A stretch of DNA of 64,000 nt from an uncultured Pseudomonadota bacterium (GCA_963843375.1 CAWJKT010000029.1:13710-77709); one strand, 5' to 3'; numbered from the stretch's first letter, positions 39,652 to 49,858 are shown. Translations and numbers: made by a program. The notes: a model not told the origin generated them from the letters alone.

Positions 39652-41064
39652 ATGAAAAAACAAATTATCTTTTTTGTGTTGGCTGGTTTCTTTGTCACCT
39701 TTTTAGCCCATCCTCGGCCATCCTATGCTCAATTAAATATGCTCATTTACGGGGACACAGACCCCGGAATCTCGGATACGGCACCCGGTTTCAATGTGAC
39801 GGTTTGGAATGACGCGACTTGGACAGCGGCCTCCACTGCGGATTTCGCCGCATTCAATGTCATTGTGTTCGCCGACGCCCCCGCACCTTTTTGTCTTACC
39901 AGTTCAAGCGTTTGGAATACCGCAATAGCCACACAGGCGACTTGGGGGCCGGCTATTACGGGCAACGTCCTGATCATCGGATCAGATCCTGATTACCATA
40001 TCACCAATTCGGGCGTGTCTCCCAACGTCGAATACAATTTTTTGAATTTTGCCGCGTCCGGTAAAGGCACAGGTCTTTATGTCGCCTTGAGCTGTGTATT
40101 TAATGGGGTTTCGCCAAGTACGGCTGTTCCGCTTCTTAGCCCTCTGGGAACATTTACCGTGGAAGGTGCCGCGTCCGGAGGTTATGACGCGGCCCATATT
40201 GTTGCCGATAGCCCCGCCCTTACGGGTGTGACGGACACCATGCTTTCCAATTGGGATTTTTCCGTCCATGAGGGTTTCGATGTTTGGCCGAGCACCTTCA
40301 TACCCTTGGCAATCGCCACTGACGCCACCGATCCCAATTACACCGCCTCGGATGGGACCTCGGGGTTGGTTTACATCTTGGCATCAGGCCAAATCGTGAA
40401 CCTCGGAACCAACACGCCTACCCCTTATCCCTCCAATACCCCAACTCCGACTCCCAACTTTACTTTAACTTTAACGCCCGTGAATACATCCACCCCAACT
40501 CCTACCCCCAACCTAACGTTGACTTTGACGCCGCCGAATACTCCTACGCCTACTTCCACTCTCACGCTTACGCCCACTCCCACCATCTCCTCCACCCCCA
40601 CGGTTACGACCACTTCCACACTTACTTTCACTGTCACACTAACCGCGACTAAGACCGAAAGCTTTACTCCCACTAATAGCCCTACCTTGACCGATACCTT
40701 TACGATTACCAACACCCCTACGATGACCTACAGTCCAACTATCACCCCAACGCCAACAGCCACCGTACCCACTTTTGACGTATTCTATGTCTCGGCCAAT
40801 GAATTCAACCCTTCAACGGATAATCCGGTTTCCATTTACGTTGGCTACAGCGCGTACCCGGGGGAATACGATTTATGGATCTATAATTCGGCGGGAGAAC
40901 ACATTAAAACACTCGACCATCAAGAAATGAGCGGTCCGCTTACGCAATCCTATCATTGGGACGGCACGAACAAATATGGGGATAAATGTGCCAGCGGAGT
41001 TTATATATTTTACTTGGTTGAACCCTTCTCCCAAAAAATGAAGCGGATTGCCCTGATACGGTGA
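39652..41064 (+). CDS. Secreted protein with Thr/Pro linker and FlgD-Ig-like C-terminal domain
   Basis: Signal peptide, TPTPT repeats, WDGTNKYGDKCASGVYIF. Confidence 0.85.
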   Translation: MKKQIIFFVLAGFFVTFLAHPRPSYAQLNMLIYGDTDPGISDTAPGFNVTVWNDATWTAASTADFAAFNVIVFADAPAPFCLTSSSVWNTAIATQATWGPAITGNVLIIGSDPDYHITNSGVSPNVEYNFLNFAASGKGTGLYVALSCVFNGVSPSTAVPLLSPLGTFTVEGAASGGYDAAHIVADSPALTGVTDTMLSNWDFSVHEGFDVWPSTFIPLAIATDATDPNYTASDGTSGLVYILASGQIVNLGTNTPTPYPSNTPTPTPNFTLTLTPVNTSTPTPTPNLTLTLTPPNTPTPTSTLTLTPTPTISSTPTVTTTSTLTFTVTLTATKTESFTPTNSPTLTDTFTITNTPTMTYSPTITPTPTATVPTFDVFYVSANEFNPSTDNPVSIYVGYSAYPGEYDLWIYNSAGEHIKTLDHQEMSGPLTQSYHWDGTNKYGDKCASGVYIFYLVEPFSQKMKRIALIR

Positions 41065-41261
41065 TTTGCAGGGGGGGCGGGCTAGAAGGCTTTCCTCATA
41101 ATCGGACGCCAACAGGAGGCTGGGTTTTTCTTTTATACCAGGATTTTTATTACTCCGGTATTTAAAGGCTAACCCCGTTGGCCAATTGGACTAGGAATTG
41201 GGATTAGGGTATATTTAATGTCATCTGTAAACTTGGAAGATTACTATCACCGGAAGAATTT

Positions 41262-42524
41262 ATGAAAAAACAAATTTCCACTTTTCTCCTTATAATAGTG
41301 ACCAGTTTCTTTGCTTATTTAGGGCATCCCCTTCCATCCTACGGGCAATTGAACATGCTTGTTTACGGGGACACCTCTCCTGGTATTGCGAATTCGGCAC
41401 CAGGATTTAATGTGACGGTTTGGGACGATGCCACATGGGCAGCGGCCTCCACTGCGGATTTCGCCGCCTTCAACGTCATCGTATTCGCGGACGCCCCGCT
41501 TCCTTCTTGTATTACAAGTTCGAGCGTTTGGAGTACCGCTATAGCGACACAAGCGGCTTGGGGACCAGCCATTACGGGAAACGTTCTGATCATTGGTTCG
41601 GATCCGGATTTCCACATCACTTATTCGGGTGTTTCTTCGAACGTGGAGTACAATTTCTTAAATTACGCCGCGAGCGGTAACGGCACCGGGCTCTTTGTTG
41701 CTTTGAGTTGTGTTTATAACGGAGTCGCGAAGGGAACAGCAGTTCCGCTCCTTAACCCTTTGGGGACCTTTACCGTGGAGGGTGCTGCGGCAGGCGGCTA
41801 TAATGAATCCCATATCGTCGCCAATAGTCCTGCCCTTACGGGTGTGACGGACGCCATGCTTTCCAACTGGGATTTTTCGGTTCATGAAGGTTTTGATGTT
41901 TGGCCCACCAATTTCATACCCCTGGCGATCGCCACTGACGCCACCGATCCCAATTATACCGCCGAGGATGGAACTACGGGTTTAGTGTACATCTTGGCGA
42001 CCGGCTCGATCGTGGGCCTGGGAACCAACACCCCTACTCCCCTCCCTACCTGGACCCCCACCTCCACTCCTTCGGCAACTGGCACTTTTACTCCAACTTT
42101 TTCTCCTACTAATACGACCACCCTGACGCCCATATTCACTCCGACTCAAACCCCGACAATAACGCCTACTTTCACTCCAACCCCAACGACCAGCTGGACA
42201 CCCTCTCAAACAACCACCCAGACACCTACCGTTACTCCGACTTTTACCCCTACTTGCGAGACCCATATATGGCCCGATCCCTATAATTCCCAATATGCCG
42301 TGGGTCAAATGCTGAATATCAGTTGCCTGCCGTCGAACGCTACGGTTTATTTTTATACCTTATCAGGGGAATTGGTAGGCCAGGCAACGGAATGGCAAGG
42401 TCTGGCGCAATGGAACGGAAAAAATCAGCGGGGGGTTCCGGTATCGGCGGGAATTTATTTCTACGTCATCAAGAACGGGCAGCAAAAGGTGATTGGAACT
42501 GGCAAATTCCTCGTGAGCCATTAA
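41262..42524 (+). CDS. Paralogous secreted Thr/Pro-linker protein
   Basis: Same N-terminal domain; C-terminus WNGKNQRGVPVSAGIYFY. Confidence 0.85.
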   Translation: MKKQISTFLLIIVTSFFAYLGHPLPSYGQLNMLVYGDTSPGIANSAPGFNVTVWDDATWAAASTADFAAFNVIVFADAPLPSCITSSSVWSTAIATQAAWGPAITGNVLIIGSDPDFHITYSGVSSNVEYNFLNYAASGNGTGLFVALSCVYNGVAKGTAVPLLNPLGTFTVEGAAAGGYNESHIVANSPALTGVTDAMLSNWDFSVHEGFDVWPTNFIPLAIATDATDPNYTAEDGTTGLVYILATGSIVGLGTNTPTPLPTWTPTSTPSATGTFTPTFSPTNTTTLTPIFTPTQTPTITPTFTPTPTTSWTPSQTTTQTPTVTPTFTPTCETHIWPDPYNSQYAVGQMLNISCLPSNATVYFYTLSGELVGQATEWQGLAQWNGKNQRGVPVSAGIYFYVIKNGQQKVIGTGKFLVSH

Positions 42525-42942
42525 GTTAACCAAAACTCGATAAGTCACGATTAAAAATTGATTTAGAATAATCCGGACTTTTGAACCGAAAAATTTTTCC
42601 CCTTTATTTCGAACTCCGTAAAATCAATCAGCGGATTGTTTCAATCATTAAAATCTCAAAATTGTTATTTGCTATATTTTGGTGGTCAAATGGACTCCGA
42701 AACGAATTCGGATTCTTTGGAATTTTTTAATTTCCCGGGTGTAAATTAGGCCAAATCCGAAAACCATTTGATTGAAGTTCAACCTAATATGAATTCGTGT
42801 TCTTTTGAAGGGTTTTTCATGGGCGGAGATTCCTTCCGCACACGGAGCTGAAGACCAGGCAGTAATTGCCTCGCCTCATGATATTATGATCTATCTTCAC
42901 TTTAGCGTCATGAACCGGATTAATCATTAAGGGGAAAGTAGA

Positions 42943-43731
42943 ATGAATCTCTGGCAGATCGGACTATTCTTTCTATTAGGTTTTAATTTAGTTTCGATAA
43001 GAGTTTGGGCCCAAGTATCTTTTGCTTTGGATAGGGAGACTCCCGGCGTCTCACCCACCATCCAAGCAGTTGAAAACCCCACCCTGACTCCCGATAAAAC
43101 CGTCCGCATACCTAAGCCAATCGTTCTAAAGGATTCTGACAGGTTAGGCGATTCCGAATTCCGTTCAAATCCCAAAGCCCCGATGAAAGGGTTCGATGGT
43201 AATTCCTTGCAAATCGAGGTTGATGACCGTATTCCACGTGGTTTGGCGATGATACAGATGGAAGAACCCGCTTTTTCCCTGCAGATGGAGGACTGGAACA
43301 AATCCGAGAAAAAGCCAAGGGTTTATTATTGGCATACGTATATGGGGATTGACTATTGTCATTATCGCGGCGGGTCGGGCACTGAGTGGTATGGTTGGGC
43401 GGAGGGTTCCGCATTCCGTTGGGTACTTTATCATTCGGGGCATTTCTGGTGGCACGATGGCTACGCCGAGAGGTCACTTTATTTTGACCGGGGCTATTGG
43501 TGGTGGCAGGGGAAGCGCAAAGACCAATTCCAGGTTTACCTGGAGGATGGACATTATCACGTTTGCGGACCCGATGGAGTTTTAGGGGATGACCTATTTA
43601 CAACCGGAACCGAGGAAGTGGCTACCCAACCGGTGGAAAAAGATCTAACTCCCGCTTCAACTCCATCGGATGATTCGGGACCGCCTGGGGGAATGGGGGG
43701 GAGCGGAACGGGTTCGGGTTTTGGTCATTAG
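42943..43731 (+). CDS. Secreted Trp/Tyr-rich hypothetical protein (paralog of 20320)
   Basis: Shared aromatic block ending LG.DLFTTGTEE. Confidence 0.8.
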   Translation: MNLWQIGLFFLLGFNLVSIRVWAQVSFALDRETPGVSPTIQAVENPTLTPDKTVRIPKPIVLKDSDRLGDSEFRSNPKAPMKGFDGNSLQIEVDDRIPRGLAMIQMEEPAFSLQMEDWNKSEKKPRVYYWHTYMGIDYCHYRGGSGTEWYGWAEGSAFRWVLYHSGHFWWHDGYAERSLYFDRGYWWWQGKRKDQFQVYLEDGHYHVCGPDGVLGDDLFTTGTEEVATQPVEKDLTPASTPSDDSGPPGGMGGSGTGSGFGH

Positions 43732-43799
43732 TCGGATCATAAAAAGTTCCCCGGCGATCTTTTTATAGTATGGTTAACATCTTCAAAGGATTAAAAATT

Positions 43800-44156
43800 A
43801 TGACTGAAAAAAACAAATCTTTTCTCGAACAAAGGCATCAATCGCGAGTCCCCGTGAAGATTCCGGTTCAATTCGAATTAGTCGAAGATCCGAAGGAATT
43901 GGATGAGCTCAAAAGTCGGACGGGTTTGGCCAAGGATTTGAGTCTGGATGGAATGTTCGTCAAGACGGACAAATCAGTTAAGCCGGGAGATGTTTTTCGG
44001 TTGGATATTTCTTTGCCAGAGAAATCAAAACAACTATTCGCCTTCGCGGAAGTGGTATGGGCCAATGAAACCGGCGCCGGCCTTCGCCTGATGTTAATGG
44101 CCGTTGAGGATAAGGAGGAATTGAAAGGCTATTTGGTCGGGGCCGTCTCCAGTTAA
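43800..44156 (+). CDS. PilZ domain protein
   Basis: RHQSR (RxxxR) and DLSLDG (DxSxxG). Confidence 0.88.
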   Translation: MTEKNKSFLEQRHQSRVPVKIPVQFELVEDPKELDELKSRTGLAKDLSLDGMFVKTDKSVKPGDVFRLDISLPEKSKQLFAFAEVVWANETGAGLRLMLMAVEDKEELKGYLVGAVSS

Positions 44157-44175
44157 CCTGTTGGGGATTTATTAT

Positions 44176-44658
44176 TCAATTCGGTAGGGCGTTTCCCAGG
44201 TCTTTTTCCAGATCTTCCGGTTTTGTGGTGGAAGCGTAACGTTTGATCGGCTCGCCTTTCGAATCGACCAGAAATTTTGTGAAATTCCATTTGATGGCTT
44301 CGCTTCCCAAAATTCCCGGTCTTTCATTGGTCAGGTATTTGTAAAGTGGATGGGCATTGACGCCATTAACCTCGATCTTGGAGAAGAGCGGAAAGGTAAC
44401 CCCGAAATTCAGATCGCAGAAATTTTTGATTTCCGCTTCAGTGCCAGGCTCTTGGGAACCAAACTGGTTGCAAGGAAATCCCAGGGTGATAAATCCTCTA
44501 TCCTTGTATTTTTTGTAAAGTTTTTCCAATCCCTCGTATTGAGGCGTAAAACCGCATTGGCTGGCCACGTTCACGATCAGTAGAACTTTCCCTTGGTATT
44601 CGGAGAAGGAAATTTCCTTTCCTTCGATGTTGGTAGCTTTAAATGAATAAATGGACAT
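44176..44658 (-). CDS. Glutathione peroxidase family protein (Cys type)
   Basis: VNVASQCG, GFPCNQFG, WNFTKFL. Confidence 0.96.
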   Translation of the reverse strand: MSIYSFKATNIEGKEISFSEYQGKVLLIVNVASQCGFTPQYEGLEKLYKKYKDRGFITLGFPCNQFGSQEPGTEAEIKNFCDLNFGVTFPLFSKIEVNGVNAHPLYKYLTNERPGILGSEAIKWNFTKFLVDSKGEPIKRYASTTKPEDLEKDLGNALPN

Positions 44659-44733
44659 GGAGCCTCCTTGGGGCATCTTCCGTTCCAACGTATCTTAATT
44701 AATGAACATTTAAGCAGAAATATATTTCAATAG

Positions 44734-44747
44734 TGTATTTAGATACA
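44734..44747. promoter_or_regulatory. Palindromic operator candidate TGTATTTAGATACA
   Basis: Identical 14-mer upstream of amtB at 52800. Confidence 0.65.
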
Positions 44748-44853
44748 ATGTTGTAGTGACTCTCTGATTAGCAAAATTTGTAGAATTCCTCCGAAACCTA
44801 ACTTTTCCCTAACGCTTTCATGTAAAAAATTCATAATTTTTTGCTGTGGTGGA

Positions 44854-44870
44854 GTGGCATGAGAGTTGCT
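44854..44870 (+). promoter_or_regulatory. sigma54 promoter of the APC-PII gene
   Basis: GTGGCATGAGAGTTGCT. Confidence 0.78.
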
Positions 44871-44918
44871 TTTCTTCTTCCGACATTAGTTAAGTTTGAC
44901 TATTTTTAGGAGGAAAAT

Positions 44919-46889
44919 ATGGCTAAGTCCGAAGCACCTCAAGCCCCAACCGAAATTGCCCGTGTACTCGATTGGAAAGGGGCATCCATCAACGCTATGG
45001 CGCTCATCGCGCCGGGGGCCTTTTTATGGATCACCTATCAACTTCAAGTGGCAGCTACTGATCCCACTGGGGCCTCTTGCGCCAATGACATGTGGGCCGG
45101 GATTCTCGTGGCCCTGGGATTAGCCTTATTGACGGCCCTCTCCTACGCCGAGTTGGCCAAGATTTATCCGGAAGCGGGTTTCGCCGGTTGCGTTTATTTC
45201 GCCGAAAAGGCCTTTATTGATGACCAGAAACTTAAAAGGCCGGGTCCAGAATCTATGGCTCGTATTGCCAAGCTGATCACCGGCTGGGCTGCCCATTTGT
45301 TTTACTGGGTTTATCCAGGAGTCATGGTGGCCTTCATGGGCACCCTGGCTTCGTACATTTATGGCGCAGTTACTGGCGGGACCATGACGATCATGTGGGA
45401 ATTGGTAATTGCCTGGGTTTTCGCATTTGGGGTGGGGTATATCGCCTACAAGGGCGTGGCAGGGTCTACGAAAGCCAATATGTGGGGCAATATCATTCAA
45501 TGGGTCACCCTGGTTATCTTTAGCGTCTTAGCTATCGCCTATCGGTGGGTTAATCCGGATCACGCTACCAATTGGGCCTTCAGTGGGGGATTCGATATTG
45601 TAAAGTTCCATTCGATCAAGGGGGTCCTGGTTCAATCCACCATCGCAATCCTGATTCTCGTCGGATTCGAAAGCTGTACTTCCTTATCGGCTGAAACCAA
45701 GGAACCAGAAAAGAATATACCGAAAGCCATTATTGTGGCCTTGATCGTCCAATGCGTATTCGCTTATATGTTCGAGTATTGGGCAGCCAACTACATGGTG
45801 AGTGAGAAACTGACGGGGACCGTTCCAGTACCGGCTGTGGCCGCCGTTGCGGCCGTACCGGCAAGCGTGAGTGCCGCTGGAGTTACCACCGCCGCCGTCG
45901 CCGCGGTTGCCGCCGCGCCCGCGACCACCAAGATCGTCACGGGCTTTGATGCCATGGCCGCTTCCAGCGCTCCCATCGGGGACATGGTGGTTCGTCTGGG
46001 GGACAGCTTTTTTGGCCATCTGGGTTTCGCTTTAATGATCATTATGGCGATCACGGTGGCTATCGCTGTCGTGGGAACCACCCTGGCCTGCTATAACACG
46101 GCTGTCCGCGTGACTGCCGGGATGGCCGAGGACCGGGAACTACCCGCCTTCCTGGGATTCATCCACTTGAAGAATAAATCGCCCCACACGGCGATCTGGC
46201 TTTTGGTTGCGGTTTCCTGCGTGATTGCCACCATTGGTTGCCAATCGGTGGACGGATTGACCGGCATCACCCTGGCTTCCAACTTCGGGACCTTCGTTCT
46301 TTACGGCTCGGTCTGTATCTGGACCTTCATCGCCTACAAGAGACGCAAGGATTTCAACGCCTTCAAACACGCTTTAATCCCCTTGGGAGGGCTTATCCTG
46401 AACGTGCTGATGTGCTGGGGCGTCATCTACCTCTACACTATCGGAAACGCGGACTCGCAGCTTGAGGCGAAGATCTTCTTCTATATCGCCGGCGGCTGGT
46501 TCCTGGTTTGGTTCCTCTACTTGTTCTTCACGTCCACGTTGAAATCGCATGGGATGAAGATGATCTCGGTGATCATCCGGCCGGATTCATTGGAAAACCT
46601 GGCGGATGCCTTGAATAAGGAAGAACTAGTCCAAGGAATGACGGTATCCGAGGTGAAGGGCTTCGGCCGTACGAAAGGATCGAAGACCGACGACTCGCCC
46701 GCCAAAGTCAAGTTCCTGGAAAAGGTCCGGGTGGATGTGGTGGTGAACACATGGGATGTGCCCCATGTTATCGACGTCATGAAGGAGATCTTATACACCG
46801 GTAACAAGGGCGATGGAAAGATCTTCGTCCTTGAAACGACCGAGGCCGTCCGTGTCCGCACTGGCGAATCGGGAATCGCCGCAGTTTAA
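44919..46889 (+). CDS. APC amino-acid permease fused to a C-terminal PII domain
   Basis: LIAPGAF, SYAELAKIYPEAG and VGFES; from 46554 MKMISVIIRP...KGFG...GDGKIF...VRVRTGE in the same frame. Confidence 0.92.
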   Translation: MAKSEAPQAPTEIARVLDWKGASINAMALIAPGAFLWITYQLQVAATDPTGASCANDMWAGILVALGLALLTALSYAELAKIYPEAGFAGCVYFAEKAFIDDQKLKRPGPESMARIAKLITGWAAHLFYWVYPGVMVAFMGTLASYIYGAVTGGTMTIMWELVIAWVFAFGVGYIAYKGVAGSTKANMWGNIIQWVTLVIFSVLAIAYRWVNPDHATNWAFSGGFDIVKFHSIKGVLVQSTIAILILVGFESCTSLSAETKEPEKNIPKAIIVALIVQCVFAYMFEYWAANYMVSEKLTGTVPVPAVAAVAAVPASVSAAGVTTAAVAAVAAAPATTKIVTGFDAMAASSAPIGDMVVRLGDSFFGHLGFALMIIMAITVAIAVVGTTLACYNTAVRVTAGMAEDRELPAFLGFIHLKNKSPHTAIWLLVAVSCVIATIGCQSVDGLTGITLASNFGTFVLYGSVCIWTFIAYKRRKDFNAFKHALIPLGGLILNVLMCWGVIYLYTIGNADSQLEAKIFFYIAGGWFLVWFLYLFFTSTLKSHGMKMISVIIRPDSLENLADALNKEELVQGMTVSEVKGFGRTKGSKTDDSPAKVKFLEKVRVDVVVNTWDVPHVIDVMKEILYTGNKGDGKIFVLETTEAVRVRTGESGIAAV

Positions 46890-46917
46890 AAGAGTTTTTA
46901 TAAAATTTGAAGCATTG

Positions 46918-46948
46918 AAGCCTCTGTGGGTAACCACGGAGGCTTTTT
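46918..46948 (+). terminator. Intrinsic terminator
   Basis: AAGCCTCTGTGG...CCACGGAGGCTTTTT. Confidence 0.8.
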
Positions 46949-47173
46949 GTTTAGTTGCTATTTTGGGTTGCGTGAATTTTAATTTCTTTTTGGATAAGGA
47001 TCCAACCTATTTGAGGGCCGCAGCCTAAGTTTCTATCCAAAATGGCCCTTTCAACCCACTTGTATGAGTAAGTATTAGATTTTCATGTTTTCTAAACCCT
47101 TACCTCGGGTTCGTGGTTTTCTTTTAAGGGGGATTTTAGTAACATACAACTTCTTCCAACCATTTCCCGGAGG

Positions 47174-47629
47174 TTGAGCATGTCAGATTATCCAACTCCC
47201 TATGTTTTTGTTTATGATGTTTTTTTGAAAGATGCGGTAAAACATATTCAAATCGCGCCTTACGTGAAAACATGGGCCAGGGCGGAAATGCCAGGCAAGT
47301 TGTACCAGCTTCCAACGGGGCTGCCAATCGTTGTGGAAGAAGATGGGGGTAAAGTCTTCGGGGAAGTCATGACTTTTGAGGACATGGATGAAGTTATGGG
47401 AATAATTGATTCCCAGGAAGGGTTTCGTTCAGAAGCCCCTCAAAATAGCCGTCTTTTAAGGGAAGTGAGGGAAGTTACCTTATCCCCTGGCGGCGAAAAG
47501 GTAAAAGCTATGGTTTATCTCTTTCCGAAGGAGAAATTCAACGCCAAGGAAATGTATGCGGTTTTTGCCCATGGCGGTGATTGGCGCAAGTTCGTCATGA
47601 TGCCCCGATTTGACGGGTACCAACATTAA
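47174..47629 (+). CDS. Gamma-glutamylcyclotransferase (AIG2-like) family protein
   Basis: VFVY..., GKLYQL, VFGEV, D..EG and GDW pattern. Confidence 0.7.
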   Translation: MSMSDYPTPYVFVYDVFLKDAVKHIQIAPYVKTWARAEMPGKLYQLPTGLPIVVEEDGGKVFGEVMTFEDMDEVMGIIDSQEGFRSEAPQNSRLLREVREVTLSPGGEKVKAMVYLFPKEKFNAKEMYAVFAHGGDWRKFVMMPRFDGYQH

Positions 47630-47720
47630 GTCGATTCTCGGTATAAACTTTTAAAGCAAATGGAAGTTTAACCCTCCCTACCCTAAAATGACCCCTCTTT
47701 GATTCCGGCGCGGGGGTTGA

Positions 47721-48512
47721 ATGGTTTCCAAAATCGCATTTCTATATTTTGGTTTTATGTCCTGGGGATGTCTGGTCCTGTTACCCATGGTGAAACTTCA
47801 GGAAATAGGGCAGGGATTTTACCGTTTTTTTGGTTTTTTTTGCGTGACCCTGGACACGCTCTCCTTGGGGTTGGCCCTTTTCAGTGGGCCAGATTTTGAC
47901 GATTATTTCCATAGGGCCGCTTGGGCCATGGGCGGATCCCTTCTTTTCACCCTTTGTTTCACCATAGCTTTAAAAGTGCGGGTCCGTTGGTTTCTATGGG
48001 GATGTTTTTGGTTGGCGGTTCTAAGTGGATGGCTGGCGATTGGATTTTACCCTTGGCAGACGGGGGTTAGTCCCGCATTCCTTTTTTTTCATGCGGTCTG
48101 CTCGAGTCTTGTCTTGGGAATGGGCATCCTTGCCATGATGTTGGGCCACTGGTACCTGGTGACTCCCAAACTTTCCATCAACCCCTTGAAGCGTTACTCG
48201 GGGGGGTATATTCTTCTGACGGTTTTGACGGCACTGGAATTGGTTTTAAGTTATATCCTGTATGTAGGGTTTGGTTCCGAACCCGCTACACTTATAGGTG
48301 CCCGTCTTATTCATGATGAAGTGATTTTCACCCTTTTTCGTGTAGCTTGGGGAATTCTCCCTCCATTGGGAATGGCCTATTGGATTTGGGAAACGGTGCG
48401 AATGAAGTCCACCCAATCCGCCACCGGCATCCTTTATGCGGCCATGGTCTGTACTATTATTGGCGAAGGAATGGGGCTTTACCTTACTGTACAGACGGGA
48501 GTTCCTTTTTAA
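47721..48512 (+). CDS. Multi-pass membrane protein
   Basis: About 8 TM segments; MMLGHWYL and STQSATGILY. Confidence 0.8.
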   Translation: MVSKIAFLYFGFMSWGCLVLLPMVKLQEIGQGFYRFFGFFCVTLDTLSLGLALFSGPDFDDYFHRAAWAMGGSLLFTLCFTIALKVRVRWFLWGCFWLAVLSGWLAIGFYPWQTGVSPAFLFFHAVCSSLVLGMGILAMMLGHWYLVTPKLSINPLKRYSGGYILLTVLTALELVLSYILYVGFGSEPATLIGARLIHDEVIFTLFRVAWGILPPLGMAYWIWETVRMKSTQSATGILYAAMVCTIIGEGMGLYLTVQTGVPF

Positions 48513-48956
48513 ATGGAGATCAATAGTTATTGTCCGGAATGCGAGAATGGAATTTTCCTTGATGAACTGCCCAAGGCAGGTTTTTTGCCTTGTAAGCGTT
48601 GCGGCAAAGGAAGGGAAGTCACCGGAAACGGAGAACTGGACGCTCAAGGGGCCATTCAAAAGTGCGGTTTATGCGGCTGCACGGAGTTTTACCGGCAAAA
48701 GGATTTCAACACCAAACTAGGGCTTTGGTTGATTGTTTTGATGGTAATTTTGGCCATCGTTTTTAATAAGTGGTTTATCCAAATCCTGGTCGTTTTCGCG
48801 GTCCTGGACTTGGCTCTTTATTTCGGTCTGGGGGATATCGTCCTCTGTTATAACTGCAGGGCCATTTATCGCGGTTTGCCTATTTCGGATAAAATCGGCG
48901 GCTTTGATTTGAAAATTCATGATCAATATGCATTTAAGAATAAACAACCGGAATAA
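48513..48956 (+). CDS. Cys-rich (CxxC) membrane protein
   Basis: Four CxxC motifs, YRQKDFN, two TM segments. Confidence 0.8.
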   Translation: MEINSYCPECENGIFLDELPKAGFLPCKRCGKGREVTGNGELDAQGAIQKCGLCGCTEFYRQKDFNTKLGLWLIVLMVILAIVFNKWFIQILVVFAVLDLALYFGLGDIVLCYNCRAIYRGLPISDKIGGFDLKIHDQYAFKNKQPE

Positions 48957-48965
48957 GGAGAAGTT

Positions 48966-49841
48966 ATGCCGGACCATCCATCCAACCCCGCCAGTCCCCA
49001 GGGCAACAACCAAGATCCTCTTTACGCCCCGGAGTCGGGTTTTTCTCTTTTCTTAAAGCTATTTATCGTCCCGGCCGCAATCGTGGCGGTGGCCTTAGGT
49101 ATCTTTTTATTAGGTACACTCGCCATTCAGCATCCCAAAAGCGCCCAAGAGTATCTGGAAGAGCTGAAAAGTGACAGCACTAGCCGACGCTGGCAGGCGG
49201 CCTATGAACTTTCCCGCATGTTGAACCAAGGGGAAAAAGTGGAGTTCGACGAAAATCTCCGCGCTGACTTGGTGAAAACATTCACCGAGGCCAAAAAAGA
49301 CGATCCCCGGGTAAGGGAATACTTGGCCTTGGTTTTGGGACGAATGAAAGAAAAATCGGCGGTGCCGGCGCTTTCTGACGCCGTCAATGATGAATCCGAT
49401 GATGTGAAAATCTATAGCCTGTGGGCTCTCGGCAATATTGAGGATCCGGCGGGCGGGCCCGCGGCCCTTCAAGCCTTATCGAATTCAGATCAGGAGGTTC
49501 AACGCATGGCGGTGGGAGCCCTGAGCGCTCTTCGTTATGAACCGGCCAAGAACGCCCTCGAAGCCAATTTAACCACTTCCAATGAGGCTTTGAAATATGA
49601 CTCGGCGGTTGCCCTTGCCCGGATCAAGGACGAAAAAGCCATCCCAACCCTCCTATATATGATGAACCTCAAGGCGACCGGACAAGCTAGTGACGAAATC
49701 ATTGAGTCGGCCAAAATAGCCGCCATTGAAGGCGCCCAGGAACTTAACAATAAAGACCTGTATTCCGAATTGGTTGCCCTAAGCAAGAACGACCCTGATT
49801 TGAAGATACGCGAAGCCGCGTTGGATGCGCTCAGGAAATAA
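48966..49841 (+). CDS. Membrane-anchored HEAT-repeat protein
   Basis: Repeated D..VR...A.ALG units after one TM segment. Confidence 0.88.
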   Translation: MPDHPSNPASPQGNNQDPLYAPESGFSLFLKLFIVPAAIVAVALGIFLLGTLAIQHPKSAQEYLEELKSDSTSRRWQAAYELSRMLNQGEKVEFDENLRADLVKTFTEAKKDDPRVREYLALVLGRMKEKSAVPALSDAVNDESDDVKIYSLWALGNIEDPAGGPAALQALSNSDQEVQRMAVGALSALRYEPAKNALEANLTTSNEALKYDSAVALARIKDEKAIPTLLYMMNLKATGQASDEIIESAKIAAIEGAQELNNKDLYSELVALSKNDPDLKIREAALDALRK

Positions 49842-49858
49842 TAAGTTTCGAGGCACCT

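Noticed and set aside
40410..40770. Val/Gly-rich antisense ORFs over the Thr/Pro linkers, and other shadow ORFs
   Set aside because: They are reverse-frame by-products of real genes.
42820..42880. Possible fluoride riboswitch-like hairpins
   Set aside because: The conserved GAUG core and pseudoknot are not evident, and the downstream gene is unrelated.
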